Source: the human T2T-CHM13v2.0 reference genome, Homo sapiens. Taken from it: a stretch of 64,000 bases of DNA. The DNA is taken from assembly GCF_009914755.1 (NCBI RefSeq), contig NC_060931.1, one strand, 5' to 3'. Below the pieces are notes generated by a model. That model was not told the DNA's origin, ran no database searches, and worked only from the letters and a program-made list of their open reading frames with translations. Positions 15,355 to 32,044 of this stretch are shown piece after piece. A program made the position numbers and the translations under genes. The first letter of the stretch is position 1; every line of letters starts with the position of its first letter.

Positions 15355-16949
15355 GATTCATATATATATGTGAGGAAGCATTATTTCCCACTGTTCTGAA
15401 GCAGCCAAGTAAGAATTAAGCTATTGTGTCGGTGCATACAGACAACTGCAGTCCTTTGCAGTTTTTCGCCCCTCTGGCTACCTTTATTATGTCAGTGACA
15501 AAAGGTGATACATTTAGTACATCGTGAATACCGACCTTTCACACTCTTTGAGCCCCTCTAGCACTTTTTCTTTTTGTTCTGATCTTCATACACTATTTAA
15601 GAGTGTTATCAGCACCAAGAATTCATAGAGTAATGATTCCACTATTTAATTCTTCATTTCTTTAAACAAGTTTTTTTCTTCCTCAAGCCGATTTTCTTTT
15701 TTAATGAAAAAGCTAATTATCCTTTAAAACAACATTTTTTTTTTTTTGCATTTTGCAATAAAGCTAGGAAGTAATTTAGTAACTTTCTAATAGTAAGTTA
15801 ATGAGTTTTATCCCAGATCTAGTATCGTGGGGCATATTTTTTATGTGTACATAATGTTTCTAAACTAAGCCCAGTTAATATTTTCTTTTACATTTATCAG
15901 CAAGAAAGAGAGAAAGGAGACTAAAAACAGACCCATAGCTCCCCAAAGTGCTTAACAGGAGTATTTAATGGCATCCAATCATACTTAGTCGCTGTGTAGA
16001 TAGAAAGCTCTTTGCAACAAAACGACAAAGATCAGACAAACCACTATAGTAGCCACCAGAGAACTTTGTATTTCTTATGTCCATTCTGGGCTGATTGTCC
16101 CTAAATAAGAGCTAACCTATTTTCTCTGACTTTACATGAGCAAAGAAAATGCCTTCAAAGTGCTTTCTATAGCAGGAGGTACAGGTGCCAATGTAAACCT
16201 AGATAAAAGCTGTTTGTATATTTATTTGTTTGCTTGTTTTTATCACACTCAGTGGCCTCGTGATGCATGTAATTACCTTGACCAAAGCATAATAGTAGAC
16301 AGCATTACCTTGGAAGAGTCTTAGTAAGATACAAACTGGACACATTTTTGAGAGAAGAAATAATAGGAGTTGGGTGAAAACATATACAGCATGGGATCCC
16401 ACCTAATGCACTTTATATCCTAAAATAGGGAGCTCTCCACACTCTCACCATCGCCGTGCCCACACATCTCATACGTGCATGCACTCATGTATTACTAATT
16501 CTGTGGTGTCACAGTGTCCACACTCCCATTTGCAGACTTGTCCTTTTGAGACAGTTTTTTGGAACCAGGGAGCACTTTTCTTGATAGAGAGAATTCTAAA
16601 TTTTTTTGCACAATCAAAATCTTCAGTACTAAATATTCACATTAGCAACATAAGAAAAGTGTCCATATAAAGACTAATTGTCCATACAACAGTTCCTAAT
16701 GTTACATTTTAGTTAGATGATCTACAGTTTAGGTCACAGATACTCAGACCTATTCCAGAATCTAGCCATATTCAACTTTCATACGTCATTTTTTGTCATA
16801 ACTAAAGATCAAAGTAGTAGGAAAATTTTCATGATATTACAAAGAGATTTTTAAAAATACATTAGCTTAAAGTTATTTATCATTAGGAACCTAAGTTTTA
16901 TTCTTATTTAAAGAACCATAAATAGAATTTAAATCAACATCTATCAAGA

Positions 16950-17420
16950 TCTGTCTATCATATCACCTTCCAGAAGTCAACACTGTAAAACTCAAATATG
17001 CGTGGCTTTTGGACAACAATTCCATTTTTAGAATTGTATAGCAAGCAAATAATAAGACAGAGTTACAAAGATTTATGTATGCTTTTCATCTCAGCATAGT
17101 TTTGAATGATGAAAAATGTGAAAATATTTTAACATCAATAGTTGTATGGTAAAATAAATGATCTGATGACATGCTAAGAAACAATTAGAGTTAGCAAGCA
17201 GAGCTATGTTGTTTGACAGAGAAAACATAAGAAACCTACTCTATACTAAACAGAAAATAAAACTAAAATGAAAATACCTGGTTGAAAATATAAAGAAAGA
17301 AAAAAACATAAAGTGATATATCAATTTTAACAGTGATATTTTCCAAGTAATAAGAGTAGGTCATTTGAATATTTTTTCATATTTTTAATAAATTGTTTTA
17401 GTTGAAATCAAATGAAAATC
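16950..17420 (+). mobile_element. L1ME-like 3' fragment
   Basis: TTTGGACAACAATTCCATTTTTAGAATT..CAAAGATTTATGTA..TTCATCTCAGCATAGTTT resembles an ancient L1 3' end. Confidence 0.55.
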
Positions 17421-17544
17421 TATTATTTGTATAATAAATGATACATGTATTTTCATTTAAAAATATTTGGTAAAGAGAAACTAAAGAGGAATAAAAGACC
17501 AGATGTTTAGTTTTACTGTATTTTAAATCTGTACTCATATTTGA

Positions 17545-17840
17545 AATACCTATTTGTTTGTCTAAATGCCCGAATGGATTATAATCTTCTTAAGGCAAGA
17601 GGCCGTGGATTGCCCTTTTTTTTTTCCATTGTACCCCTACAAAATAGTAGTTGCATGATAATGTATTATGAATAAATGTGTAGGTGGCCTTGGTAAAGCC
17701 ACTTTCTCTCTTTGAGGCTCATTTTTCTCATCTAGAAAATAAATACAGGGTTCTCTACTCACCTCGCTGGGGATTGCTGTAATGCTAAAAGGAGGCAACA
17801 CATGTTGATTATAAAGCCTTCCATGTATGTGAAGGAACAT
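17545..17840 (+). mobile_element. L2 3' end followed by MIR fragment
   Basis: TAAGGCAAGAGGCCGTG..GAATAAATG, then GTGGCCTTGGTAAAGCCACTT..CTCATTTTTCTCATCTAGAAAAT. Confidence 0.55.
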
Positions 17841-18999
17841 TATTTTTAACCACAGTAATTACACTCATAGAAATCAGTGAAGCAAGTGTTGGATTCCCAT
17901 CCCCAGGCTTGGCTCAAGGCCAAATACAAAATCATGAAGCAAGCCAAAAATACAGGCTGCACAAGCTGCTCATCTGTGCCTGCCTTCCTCACTTTAGAGA
18001 CATAGCCTGCCCTCAGGTTCCCTGCACCTTCCTGCTCTATCTCTACCTCTCATGTAAAAGTGTATTCCCATTAAAATGGAACCAGAGACGCATGCTTCAA
18101 TCCGCACCCGGGGGATATGTGTTTTCACCAGAGATAAGAAATTATCAGACAAGAACAGGATCAGACCTGGATTTTTCTGTTTTGGAAGACACACCTGAAA
18201 TCACACACCCCTCCTTCCCCTCATCTGAAGGCCAACCACCACCACATGGTCCTTTCACCAGAGGTAGAGAGCACTTTGACACTCAGATCTCTGCTGGAAA
18301 TGAAAACACCATAAATCTACTCAAGCAAATTTCACCCCTCTGTAAGAAAAATAACACATATTATTAAAAGTTATCCTTGTGTTACATGAAAAAATTAGAA
18401 AAAAATACAATGACAGTAGGCTTTGCTACTATATCCCCATAATCACAGTCATAATGTATTAGGTACTAAGAACAATACAGAACAACCATATTGGTTTATT
18501 CAGCTGTTTAATTAGATCACAGTTTTTTGGATAGATGAAGGTATAAAATATATATAGATTTGGATATTATAAATCAATAGATGTAGATAGATTTTTACAT
18601 CTATTTTAATTTTTTTTCTGTTTATAAATAAGTAAAATCATGTATTTTATATATTTAAATGTATATGCATTTTAAATAGGTTTCAATATTTAAATATTAC
18701 CATCTACTTTAAAAGTCTATTATATATTTGTTTCTTGTTTTTCAAGCTTTTTAACATAAAAGCCTGAAAACTATTCTAATGAGGACAAAGTAACAGAATA
18801 AACCTAGCCACATGCCCAAGGGAATGAAGTTTAATGGACTGTTTAGAAAAGCATGAGGTTAATTAGGTTAAGATTCTTAGAAAGTGAGATTTGAACTAAA
18901 AAAAAAAAAAAAATAGGGTGTTTTGCTGTTGGAAATGAGAAGATCATAAAATTCACTAAGAACTTATCCACAGTGAGTATAGAGAAGAGAATGGGCCAT

Positions 19000-20095
<1,096 letters not shown>

Positions 20096-20884
20096 TATTT
20101 GTGCTGGGAACAGCAACAAAACTAGTCTGAAGAGAAGGGGCTGAAATTAGACCTACAAAAGCCTGATTCAGTAGATTTTTCAGTTGGAAAATATTGAGTG
20201 CTTACATTAAGATAGTTATGGTATGATATACTGATACTGAAATGAAAGGTAAAAACCAAAGTAAAGTAAAATTTAAGTATAGATCTTAAAATGAATAGCC
20301 CCAAACCATTTCTTACTGGAAAATTTAAGTCTGACTCTATTGCTGCTATTATAGCAGAGATAAGAGACTTACAAAATCTAGATGAATTAACAAAAGATTA
20401 AAATCATTTAAAATGTTAGGAGAAAACTTAATAAAACTCTTATAATGTGATTGCCAAAAAATGCACAAATATTTCCAGGAAGTGTTAAAAGTTGTCTATT
20501 GCTAATTATATATTTGTACTTTTTTTTACAGCTACTCATGTGTAGAACAAAAAAATAGACAAAATTACTCAGGCTCAATGATTCACTATGTACAGTTTAC
20601 AAATTAATTAGCTTCTCTTAATTTTTTCAATTAAAAAAGTGTTAAAGCATTAGTTTATTGCTTACTTCCGTGTTAAAATGCTGGTTAATTGCAAAACATT
20701 ATTAGGGGCCAATATTAAAATTCCACTTACAAGTGTCAGAGAAGCAAAACACATTTAAAGTTCATTTGCAAATCCAGCTTACCTAAATCTACTTGGGATA
20801 AAACAATACTGCTGAAGTACGTAACCACATTCTGATGATGTATGTGCAATAGTTTTTCCCATTAGCTTACTAATGTATGTGTAT

Positions 20885-20926
20885 GAGACAGAGAGAGAGA
20901 GAATGCGTGTGTGTGTGTGTGTGTGT
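20885..20926. repeat. (GA)n/(TG)n microsatellite
   Basis: Seen directly. Confidence 0.9.
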
Positions 20927-21120
20927 TACTAGGATTAGCTCTAGTTTTTAACATCATAACAGAATATGAAGCACGATGCACAAAAATTCATTTATAATTT
21001 ATAAACACTGAGCTTTTAATTTCAGGTGTTTCTTCTTTCTAGTTCTCTATGTCAATCATATAGCTAGATACAACCCAGAAGCAACTCTCATTCAGAAAAC
21101 CACAAAATGTAATTAATTTC

Positions 21121-21450
<330 letters not shown>

Positions 21451-22199
21451 AAGATGTAATGAATTCGATTAAGATTTGGAATCAGTCTTGCTGAGATATT
21501 CAAGAGGAAAATTGTGAAATGGGATCTGATGCTATTCACAAAGAGTTCTTCTTAATGCTTCAGAGGCAGCTCTGACTGTTAGGGTTAGGGTCTTATATGG
21601 CAAGTACGAATACTCCTACTCTTAAATCTTCAATACAGCAGGCAGGGAGAACTTCCTTGTTGAATTTTTCACCATGTGCTAAAAGGATGGGGTGAACTTG
21701 GAAAGAAACATCCGAACGTCAACTTCATTACAAACAGCAAATTGAGCAGCTGTGGGAGAGAAAGTTCAATTGGGACATAAAAGATCCATTCACTGATTTC
21801 AGAAAAGCTATTTCTGAAAATGCACAATAAGTATATAGCACTGGAGTAGCAAAATAAGTGTAAGTCAACTATAGAAAGCTATGATAAACAAGAGGAACAA
21901 TAAACAGGACCTAAGATTCATTCGCACATATGTAAATAAGACTACAGCACAAAGTAAGGGATACTCTGTCAGCATTATTTGGCATTGGTTGTTGTTTTTG
22001 TTCAAATGTTTAATCCATGTCACAGAAACTTAAGATTTCAAGTCCTTAAAAGGGACTTTTAAAAAGTCTCAAGTAACAATGAATGGAATTAACAGTTTTT
22101 TCAGTCATTTTAGTGTCTTAAAAATAGAAAAATATTTTTATGAAGATAAAAAGAATAAGAACCATCCATTGCGTCACCATCTAGAAATAAGCACTGTTG

Positions 22200-22328
22200 T
22201 TTTTCTTTTTGTTTCCTTTTTCTTTTGAGACAGAAACTCAATCTATTGTCCCAGGTTGGAGTGCAGTGGCGTGATCATGGCTCACTGCAACCTCTGCCTC
22301 CTGGGCTCGAGTGATCCTCCCACCTCAC
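22200..22328 (-). mobile_element. Partial AluJ right arm
   Basis: GTGATCATGGCTCACTGCAACCTC..GGGCTCGAGTGATCCTCCCACCTCA. Confidence 0.85.
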
Positions 22329-23025
22329 CGTGTCTGTTTTGTTTAAGAGTATATAGTTATCAATCCTTAAAGCCGAATTTCATTCTTGGTAGTTACTGTT
22401 AAAATTAAGCATGAACAATTGAAAGATTTTACAAAGTATATCTATCATATACCTGCGGTGTATCATCCTTGGAGAAGAAATGAACATACACTGAACATAG
22501 AAACAACTAAACTTTCTAGATAAATGGAACTAAGAGACTAACTTCTGTTTCAAATGATGACGAATTTCAGAAAGAGAAAAAATTAAGTAGAAAAAAAAGG
22601 AGAATGTGAGAGACTGGGGAGAGAAAAAATAAATGAGAGAAGGTGGTAGACCACTAGGATGAAGAAGCAGAAGATGAAGGAGACAGGCAAGATGCTGACC
22701 TCTTAGCTCAGTCAAGGTCTGGACTTTGGGGGCCTGTCCTAGCATCATCTCTTGCAGTCTAGCACATGTACATACAGATGCTATGAGAACATATGTCTGT
22801 CAAAGGCCAGTGTTTTTCTAGATCAGAAACATTTTGTAGCTCTTCCGGTGGACAGAGTTGGATCATGTGTTCTCTCAAGTATTTTTATAGATTTCAGAAA
22901 CACTGAAATAATCAGCACTGAACGAATGTAGCCAGGCTTGTTTCTAACCCTGGATTCTGTGCTTTGATTTTGCTATCACGCCCCTCACTGTCAACCACCC
23001 TGAAAAGAGACCTTATAAAAAATTA

Positions 23026-23321
<296 letters not shown>

Positions 23322-23324
23322 TTA

Positions 23325-23810
23325 TGCTGCAGTTTCCTAGGGCTGCTCTAACAAATTATCACAAATGTTGTAGCTGAAAACAACACAAATATGTTATCTT
23401 ACAGTTTGGGAGGTCAGAAGTCTGAAACGGGTCTCACTAGGTTAAAATCAACAGGAACGCATTCCTCTGGGAGGCTCTGAGACAATCTGGTCCATTCTTT
23501 TTCAGCTTCTGGAGGCCTCCCGCATTCCTGGGCTTAGGGCACTGGCCGTCATCTTCAAAGCCAGCGATGACTGATGTAATCTTTCTCACATCGCATTGCT
23601 CTGGCACTGACTACCCTGCCTTTCTCTTTCACTTGTTAAGATCCTTGTGTTTCTATTGGGCCCATCTAAAAAATCTAAAATAATCTCCTACCTCAAGATC
23701 CTTAACCTAATCACATCTGCAAAATCCCTTTTGTCATATAAAGTAATTTATCCACAGGTTTAAGGGATAGGGCAGCAACATCTTGGGAAGTCATTATTCT
23801 GCCTACCTCA
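23325..23810 (-). mobile_element. MLT1D-like MaLR LTR
   Basis: TTTCCTAGGGCTGC..GGAGGTCAGAAGTCTGAAACGGGTCTCACTAGG..TAATCACATCTGCAAAATCCCTTTTG..ATTCTGCCTAC. Confidence 0.85.
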
Positions 23811-23842
23811 AACCTCAAATTGTATTCTGTGATTATTTTTCA

Positions 23843-24165
<323 letters not shown>

Positions 24166-26189
24166 TCAAATATTTTTTTACTGTGTGATAGAAGCAGAAA
24201 TTAGAAAGCATTATGACCACCCACGAATCATAAAATCTTTAGTAGGACCAGTAGGTTAACATTTTTCCTGTTGGAGGGAGCGTTTCTTTGATATATAAAC
24301 TTTCAAGGAGTCATTGAAAGCTTTGGAAGGCTTCTTTCCAAAAATAATCTTTTAGAAAAAGTCTTTCCAAAGAATCCAGTCGTTGTATTTTGGGCAAAAT
24401 ATTAGAAGTATGAGAAGCCAGAGTGTGAAAACTGAGTTAATATTCTTATGAACACGAATACTTGGCAGCCAATATTGAGGCTGAAAATGCATTTAGAATG
24501 TTAATGTATTTCCATAGTATTTCAGATCAAAGATACTGAAGGGAACTTAACTGCAAATTAAAAATAGAGAATCTACAGGAATAAGTTACATTTCTTATAG
24601 CTTCCTGTGCAATATCAAATCAAGTAGAGCAAGAGGTGGTTCCTACTTTACATAATTTTTCTCAGAAGGATGATTTTGTTTACTACCATTGCCCTGTAAG
24701 TATTATGCTTTCAAGGAAGCTCTAACAACTGGTTATCGCTGAGGTTAGTGTCTCTCATGGTACTCGCTTCATGCTCTGTCCATTAGGTAAATGACATGCA
24801 AAGATGGCTTCCTCTAAGTTTCTGAGACACAGGTACTCATATTTAACTTCCGTGGAGGAGGAACACAGGAGTGAAATAGAAAGGTCTGCATTTGGTGTCT
24901 GTCTTCCCATCCATTCCTAAGAGAAGATGACATAGGCCTACTGCTTATCAAGAGCATTTGACCCTAATGAGTGTCGTTATAGAAAAGTTAGAACCTTTCT
25001 ATAAGACTTTGTATTTTACTTTCCAGAAAATTCCAATTCACTAAACTGTCCATTTCTTCTCCTACTAGTGTGTTATTTTCAGGGTGTTTTCTTCCTATTA
25101 TAGTCTCAGAAGGCCCATGCTCAGCTTCCGTAGACCCTGTCCTCTGTCAGTCAGTCACTTCATTTACCCCTAGGTTTTGACTCTTCACAGATTTCTGGAT
25201 ATCTCCCTCCAAAGGGATAGCTCTTCTGTTGCTAATGACTAGCATGAGGGTTGGTAAGTAGTGACAGTAAAATTAACATTCCTTGACCACATGAATGTGA
25301 GCAACGCTTTGGATCAGACACCTGATCTCTGCCACACCTTCCAGATTAAGTCAAAAATGCCTATCTTGGTATTCAGGGTCCACCCAATCTGCCTTTCCTG
25401 GCTAATTTTCCATGTCTCTCCTATGTTAACCCTGCATTCCAACCAAATGGTCTGTTTCCCATTCCTGGAATCCCTAGGATAAATTCCATTAATTTGCCTG
25501 CTTCGGTGTAGTTGTTCATGCCATTCTCCTTCCTCTATTGATCATAGTTCCACTATAATTTTGTTGTAATTATCGGGAACCAAAGAAGCATGACCCTTTC
25601 TTCTCATACAAGGTTTGGATCAATTTAGAAATAAGATGCCTAGTAGAAAAAAGCTGGCCATCAAAATGTCTGCTTTATTACAATAAAAGCTTATTTGAAA
25701 GCAGTGCTTAGATCTACCTACAGTCTAGGCATACTGCTAATATTACTGTCTATGCAAAAACTGAAATCCCATTCCGTGGAAGTCTCCCCTGGCAAAGGAA
25801 GAGCCTGCCCCAAGGTGTTTCCCATGTGGAAGATGCGAGAATATTGCTCCTAGGCAGCCTGAAATGGAGAATATAAGCTGCTCTGATCAGGTATTGTTTC
25901 TTCTTCTAAATTCACAAAATAGACGAGTCATTCTCTGCCTGTCTTCACTCGCCAGGATCAGTGATTTTGAAGGTGGGGGTCAGGGTGGGAGTAGAGGAAT
26001 ATAGAGAGAGGCCCAAAGTCACCTTGGCTAAAGTCCCTCTGTGTGGAAACATGAGACCAGGCGCTTTTATGAGGCTTTCTTGAATATGCTTATCTGTGAA
26101 ACATAATGTTTTCCCCTTTGTGCTCCCAGGTTTGTAGGTTATATCCCTCATGCAGAACTGAGAGAGTGGTTCAGCTACCAAATACCATC

Positions 26190-26552
26190 TGTTAGTCTGT
26201 TCCAGCTACTGTAACCAAATGCCATAAACTGCATGGCTTATAAATAACAGAACCTTATTTCTGACAGTTCTAGAAGCTGGGAAGTCCAAGATCAAGGTGC
26301 TGGCAGATTCTGATGAGGGTCCCCTACTTTCTGGTTCATAGATGGCACTCTCTCACAAGTGTGCTCATGTAGCAGAAGGGGCACAAGGAGTATCTCTGAG
26401 GCCTCTTTTATGAGGGCACTAATTCCACCTGTGAGGGCTCTGCCCTCATGGCCTAATCACCTCCCACAGTTCCCCACCTCTTACCACCAGCTTAGGGGAT
26501 TAGGATTTCAACATATGAACTTGGAGGACACACGAATATTCTGACCATAGCA
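26190..26552 (-). mobile_element. MLT1A/MLT1A0 MaLR LTR
   Basis: CAGTTCTAGAAGCTGGGAAGTCCAAGATCAAGGTGC..CCTAATCACCTCCCA..GACCATAGCA. Confidence 0.88.
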
Positions 26553-27224
26553 TATACTTACTGGTTTTTTATTTCTGATTTTAATTGGTGCTTAAAGGAA
26601 TATCTAGGTATTCCTAATAACTATTATCCAAACCTTCCACCAATATTTTCAATAAATGCCTGGGGAACAGAAAATGAATGAATTAAAGTATCTACCAATA
26701 ATATTTTAGAAAAAAAACCTAAAATTTGCACCTTCCTTTTTATTCACAATATGATTTTCATATGTAATATTTAGAATTATTACCAAAAGTTGTAGCAGAG
26801 CCTATAAATTAAAAAAAAATTTCAAGGGAGCATATTAGAATTAAGCAGTAAAATGGTAGAAACAAATGGCTTGGTGGGATAAGGAGCAGTAAACATTTTT
26901 TTGCATATTCTCCAGTTTTACAAATTTGCCATCTTCACATTTTGGGGGAAAAAAGTTTGAAAGAATGCCTTTTTAAATCCATTGAGAAACATGGATAGCT
27001 GATGCTGTGCCCATACTCAAACTTCAAAATTTTCTGGCCCAGCAAAAAAAAAACAAAAAAACAAAAAAAAAAAAACCTACTAAAAAATAATAGTTTATTG
27101 AAGACAAGAAAAAAATATTACTCTGCCTTATTCATATGCCTGGGAATACAATATATTTGAAATGTATTATTTCTAAATGAATAACAAACTTGTAAACCAA
27201 CACAATCAAATGAATTCATTTTCA

Positions 27225-27795
27225 TACTAGTTATGTGTTACAGAGCAACAAATTACTCCAGATTGTAGTAGCCTAAAGCAAGAAACTCATTATTTCACAG
27301 TGTCTGTGGGTCAAGATTTCAGGCACAGCTTAGCTGAGTGCCTGTGGCCTGGGTCTCTCACAGTCAAGATGCAATCAAGATGCTGATGTCAGTGAGGGCC
27401 GCACTGATCATAAGGCCCAAGAGGGTAAAGATCCACTTCCAAAATCATTCAAATGCTGCTGGCAAGTCTCAGCTCTTTGCTAGTCATCGACTGGGCACAT
27501 CTGTTCTTTCTCATGGAGCCTCGTCATGGGGCTGACCACATGGCATCCCGGTTCACCAAGAGGGAGAGTTCTGACACAGAGAGAGGAGACAGCGAGAGAG
27601 AGAATGAATGCACAAAACAGAAGCCACAGTCTTGTAATAGTCTAATCATGGAAATGACATTTCATCACTTCACCGTATTGTATTCTTTGGAAGCAAGTCA
27701 CTAGGTCCAGCGAGTCTCAGAGGGAGGGGATTATACAAAGGCATGAATACCAGGAGTTGGGGATCCTTTGGGATCACCGTAGAAGCTTTCCTACA
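27225..27795 (-). mobile_element. MLT1F-like MaLR LTR
   Basis: TCACAGTGTCTGTGGGTCAAGA..GCTTAGCTGAG..GAAGCAAGTCACTAGGTCCAGC..GGCATGAATACCAGGAG. Confidence 0.8.
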
Positions 27796-28498
27796 TATCC
27801 TTCTTTCCTACCTTGTCTGGATAAGTTCTGTCTGTTCCTGGAGACAGCTGAAGAATTTCCTCTTCCAGGAAGCTCCCTCCACACAGCTGAGCCTCCTCCT
27901 CTCTGCTTCTGCAGCAGCTTGGGCCCCCTGTATCAGGGCATCCTGAACTGCACAGGTGCCTTGTGAGCACCTGTCTCCTTGCGTGTCTCCCTCTTCGGGC
28001 TCTTATTCCTCAACAGCCAGGTTCCTGTCTTACTCAATTCCCATGCCTAGTTCACAGCACAGACCGTGTGCTATGTACAGATGTCTCGTATGGAGCTATA
28101 AATTATAATTGAACATAACAGAATTTCATTCACGTTACCTGCAGAAAATAAATACTGCGGTGAATCTCACTCACTTGCCCCTAATACTCCTCTGCAATAT
28201 TTAAGCACGGAGGTCAAACAGTTTCCTCCGTTTGGGAACTTGATATTTAATGAAACATTTTATGAGTCCGTTGACATTGCTTACCTCAGCTGCAGTTCCA
28301 CAGATGACTTCGGAATGTGTGAAATAGATCTCTTATTCTTCACTGATAAAACTTCGGGTCAGACTCTCACACAACTGCACACATGGTAGCTTTGCTCCAC
28401 TCACACCTTGTCTACAGCCTAGATGTTTGCAAATAGTGCTTTGGTTTTTCTTTAAAATATCCTTTTGCTATTACTATATATGCCCACTGCTTTGTTCA

Positions 28499-28683
<185 letters not shown>

Positions 28684-29571
28684 GCGTGGCTCTGTTATGC
28701 CCTGGCACTGTGCTAGGTCCCCAACATTCACAGAAGACTAAAATATAATTTCTAATGTGGGAGACAAAGGTTTATAAGCCAAAGAGACACAACTCATCAG
28801 CTGGATTTTGCACTGTGACAAGAACTGACTTAGAGGAGCGTGGCTGTCTTCTAATTCAGGGACTCTGGAGGGATGTGTAACTAAGGTTCAGGTCAGCACA
28901 CCCAATGCAACATGCATACTCTGTGCAGAAAGTAAATTGAAAACTCTGCTTGAGGGTCTCAGTGGACCTCAAAGCAGCCCTGACATTTTCTTGTAAGTTA
29001 GTGCAGCATAGGAGTTCCAATTCTGCGTTCATCCTCCACAGTGAGTCCCCAGGAGAGGGACCAGAGAATGGAGTAAAAACAAAGGGAAGGGAGAGAAACC
29101 ACAGCTCTAGTGGTCACAATGACACCAGGACCAGTAGAAGCCTGAGTCATACAATAATTTCTACTGGTTCAGTTTCTACTGAATAATTTCCACCATTAAA
29201 AATGACTCCAAGCACTTACACATGGGTGAAACCTAGAAAGTGAAACAATTGCTTGTTATATCTTGTTAGCAGGCAAAGAAAGGATGGTGAAATCAGCTGT
29301 TGGTGAAATTCTGACAGCAGGGAAAGTCGGGGGCTGGCATTTCTGGCAGGCATGAGAGCCACAAACGGGTGACAGAATATCTCAAGAGACAATCTAGCCT
29401 TATTCTTAATTTTTGCTTAACATATTTGTTTTGACATAACATTCTCATACATCTTTAAGTTGAGAATCAGAAACATGTCTTTGTTATAATAATATTGTTG
29501 ATGTCAAAGAAACACAGAGCATATGCTGTCTTAGGAATTCTAAATGGCAAATGACATGTGTGTCTGTATAA

Positions 29572-29746
29572 CAAAGACAAGGAGAGATAGAGACAAATAT
29601 AAGGAGAGAAATGCAAACCAACTCTCAAAGTCCTTAAATCATATTATAAGTGGGCAAAGACAAGGAAAGACAGAAATAGAGACAAATATAAGGAAAGCAA
29701 TGCAAACCAACACTCCAAGCCCTTAAATCATATTCTAAGTGGATAA
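29572..29746. repeat. Two-copy tandem duplication, unit about 83-90 bp
   Basis: CAAAGACAAGGA..ATAGAGACAAATATAAGGA..AATGCAAACCAAC..CCTTAAATCATATT.TAAGTGG occurs twice. Confidence 0.92.
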
Positions 29747-30172
29747 AATGTCACATGTGAAAGAAGTGAGATACCAGATACTTGTGGGAACTAAAAATGG
29801 TTGGGCGTGTCCAGAGCATATAAAGAATGGGCAGCAGATATAGTTGGATGGGTAGGCAGAAGCTAGTGATAAAATATTGGATATCTTAAACCAAGTCCTT
29901 GAACTTTATTCTGGAAGATTGTGATTTAATGGATTTAATGGGGCTGTACGTCTTAACATAAGAAGGGAAGATTATGTTAAGAAGCCATACATAGGGAAAA
30001 AATAAATTCTCTCGGATCAAGTTACTTCAGTAAACATATTTACTAACTGTATTAATATTATGACTCTTTCATATTCCGATATGTTGTTTCCTAAATTTAT
30101 TTTCCAACAGAAACTTTTTCTTGGGGAGCATGGGTTTCAGGATCTCAAGGAGCCAGTAGTCCAATTGTTTTA

Positions 30173-30555
<383 letters not shown>

Positions 30556-31243
30556 TCACAGTGTGACTTTGGGACAAATAAGTTCATTTGTTTGGGCTTT
30601 CTCTTGTGGACTAAGGAGGTAGAAGAAAATTAAGCAGTTTCTGGGATCCCTTCTGGCAGTATATTCTCCTAGTCTATGGAAAATATGCTATAATCAGCCT
30701 GTCTGGAATATAGATATCAAGCTCGAGGTAAAGTTTTACTCGTGAGGATTAAATCAGTGAGAAGTAGCATATTTAAGAAAAAAATATACAATCAACTTGA
30801 GCACTCTAATAATGGTTTAGTGCTCATTGCTTGAAGGAATAATTTTTGACAAGGTCCTGATTTTAAAGGCTAATGTTCATTTTTTGCCTCGACCATAAGT
30901 AAGAGCTAGAACCTGTAGTATATAGGTCAACAGATTCTAAAATATATTTCAGTATGTGCTCACCAAATCAATTAGATTTTTTAAGTGAAAATGAAAACCT
31001 CTTTGAGTTCAGTCCTAGGCTAGCTGGTAAAGATGGAGGAATCATGTGCTCATGACTAGTCCTCTTCCACCGGTATGTCAAGTATTAAGAGAAAGAAGAA
31101 AGACGTTTCCAAATAACTTGGGATTTGGGGACTTTGGCTTAATTTGTACTTGTATTTGTTTCCTTAGACTATAAGCCACGGATTAAGTTTTTCTGTCATT
31201 AAGGCACCATTAACTATTAGAACAGGTTAACATTAACCAATAG

Positions 31244-31594
<351 letters not shown>

Positions 31595-32044
31595 AAGACA
31601 GGTATTTCTTTTCATATTTTATAAATTAGAAAACCAAGGTTTAGAAATCTTAGAGAGCATACCCAAGGTCCTAAAAAGTGAAAAGCTGCAAAATTGGAAA
31701 TGCAGCTTAAGTCCTCTCAGTATGCGCAGCGTTATACCTCATTTTCTAAAAGATAGCATTTCTCAAGAAAATGTATACATACTGTATGAAAGTCCCTGTA
31801 AATAATGCAAATGCTTGTTGAATTTTTAAAATGTATTCTGAAACTCTTGTCAAAATAATAGTTAGTTTTTACCAAGTAGCATCAGTAGCCACATTACATA
31901 GCAGAATTTAAATTATAATGGCTTGAATCTTCTTACTCTTTGGCACAGGTGAGACCAGGCAGGCACACTAGGGAGGGGCAGATGTGAGCCGTGTAACTAT
32001 CTCATTCCCTTAGGAAGCCCTTTTTACAAAAGCAAAGTTGGCTT

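Noticed and set aside
17909-18367. 152-aa ORF in unique sequence
   Set aside because: Non-ATG start, no recognisable domain or convincing splice context; expected by chance in 64 kb.
28130-28155. Minus-strand TTTATTTTCTGCAG/GTAACG resembling a recursive splice site
   Set aside because: The donor is weaker than the AG/GTAAG consensus and no host transcript is established.
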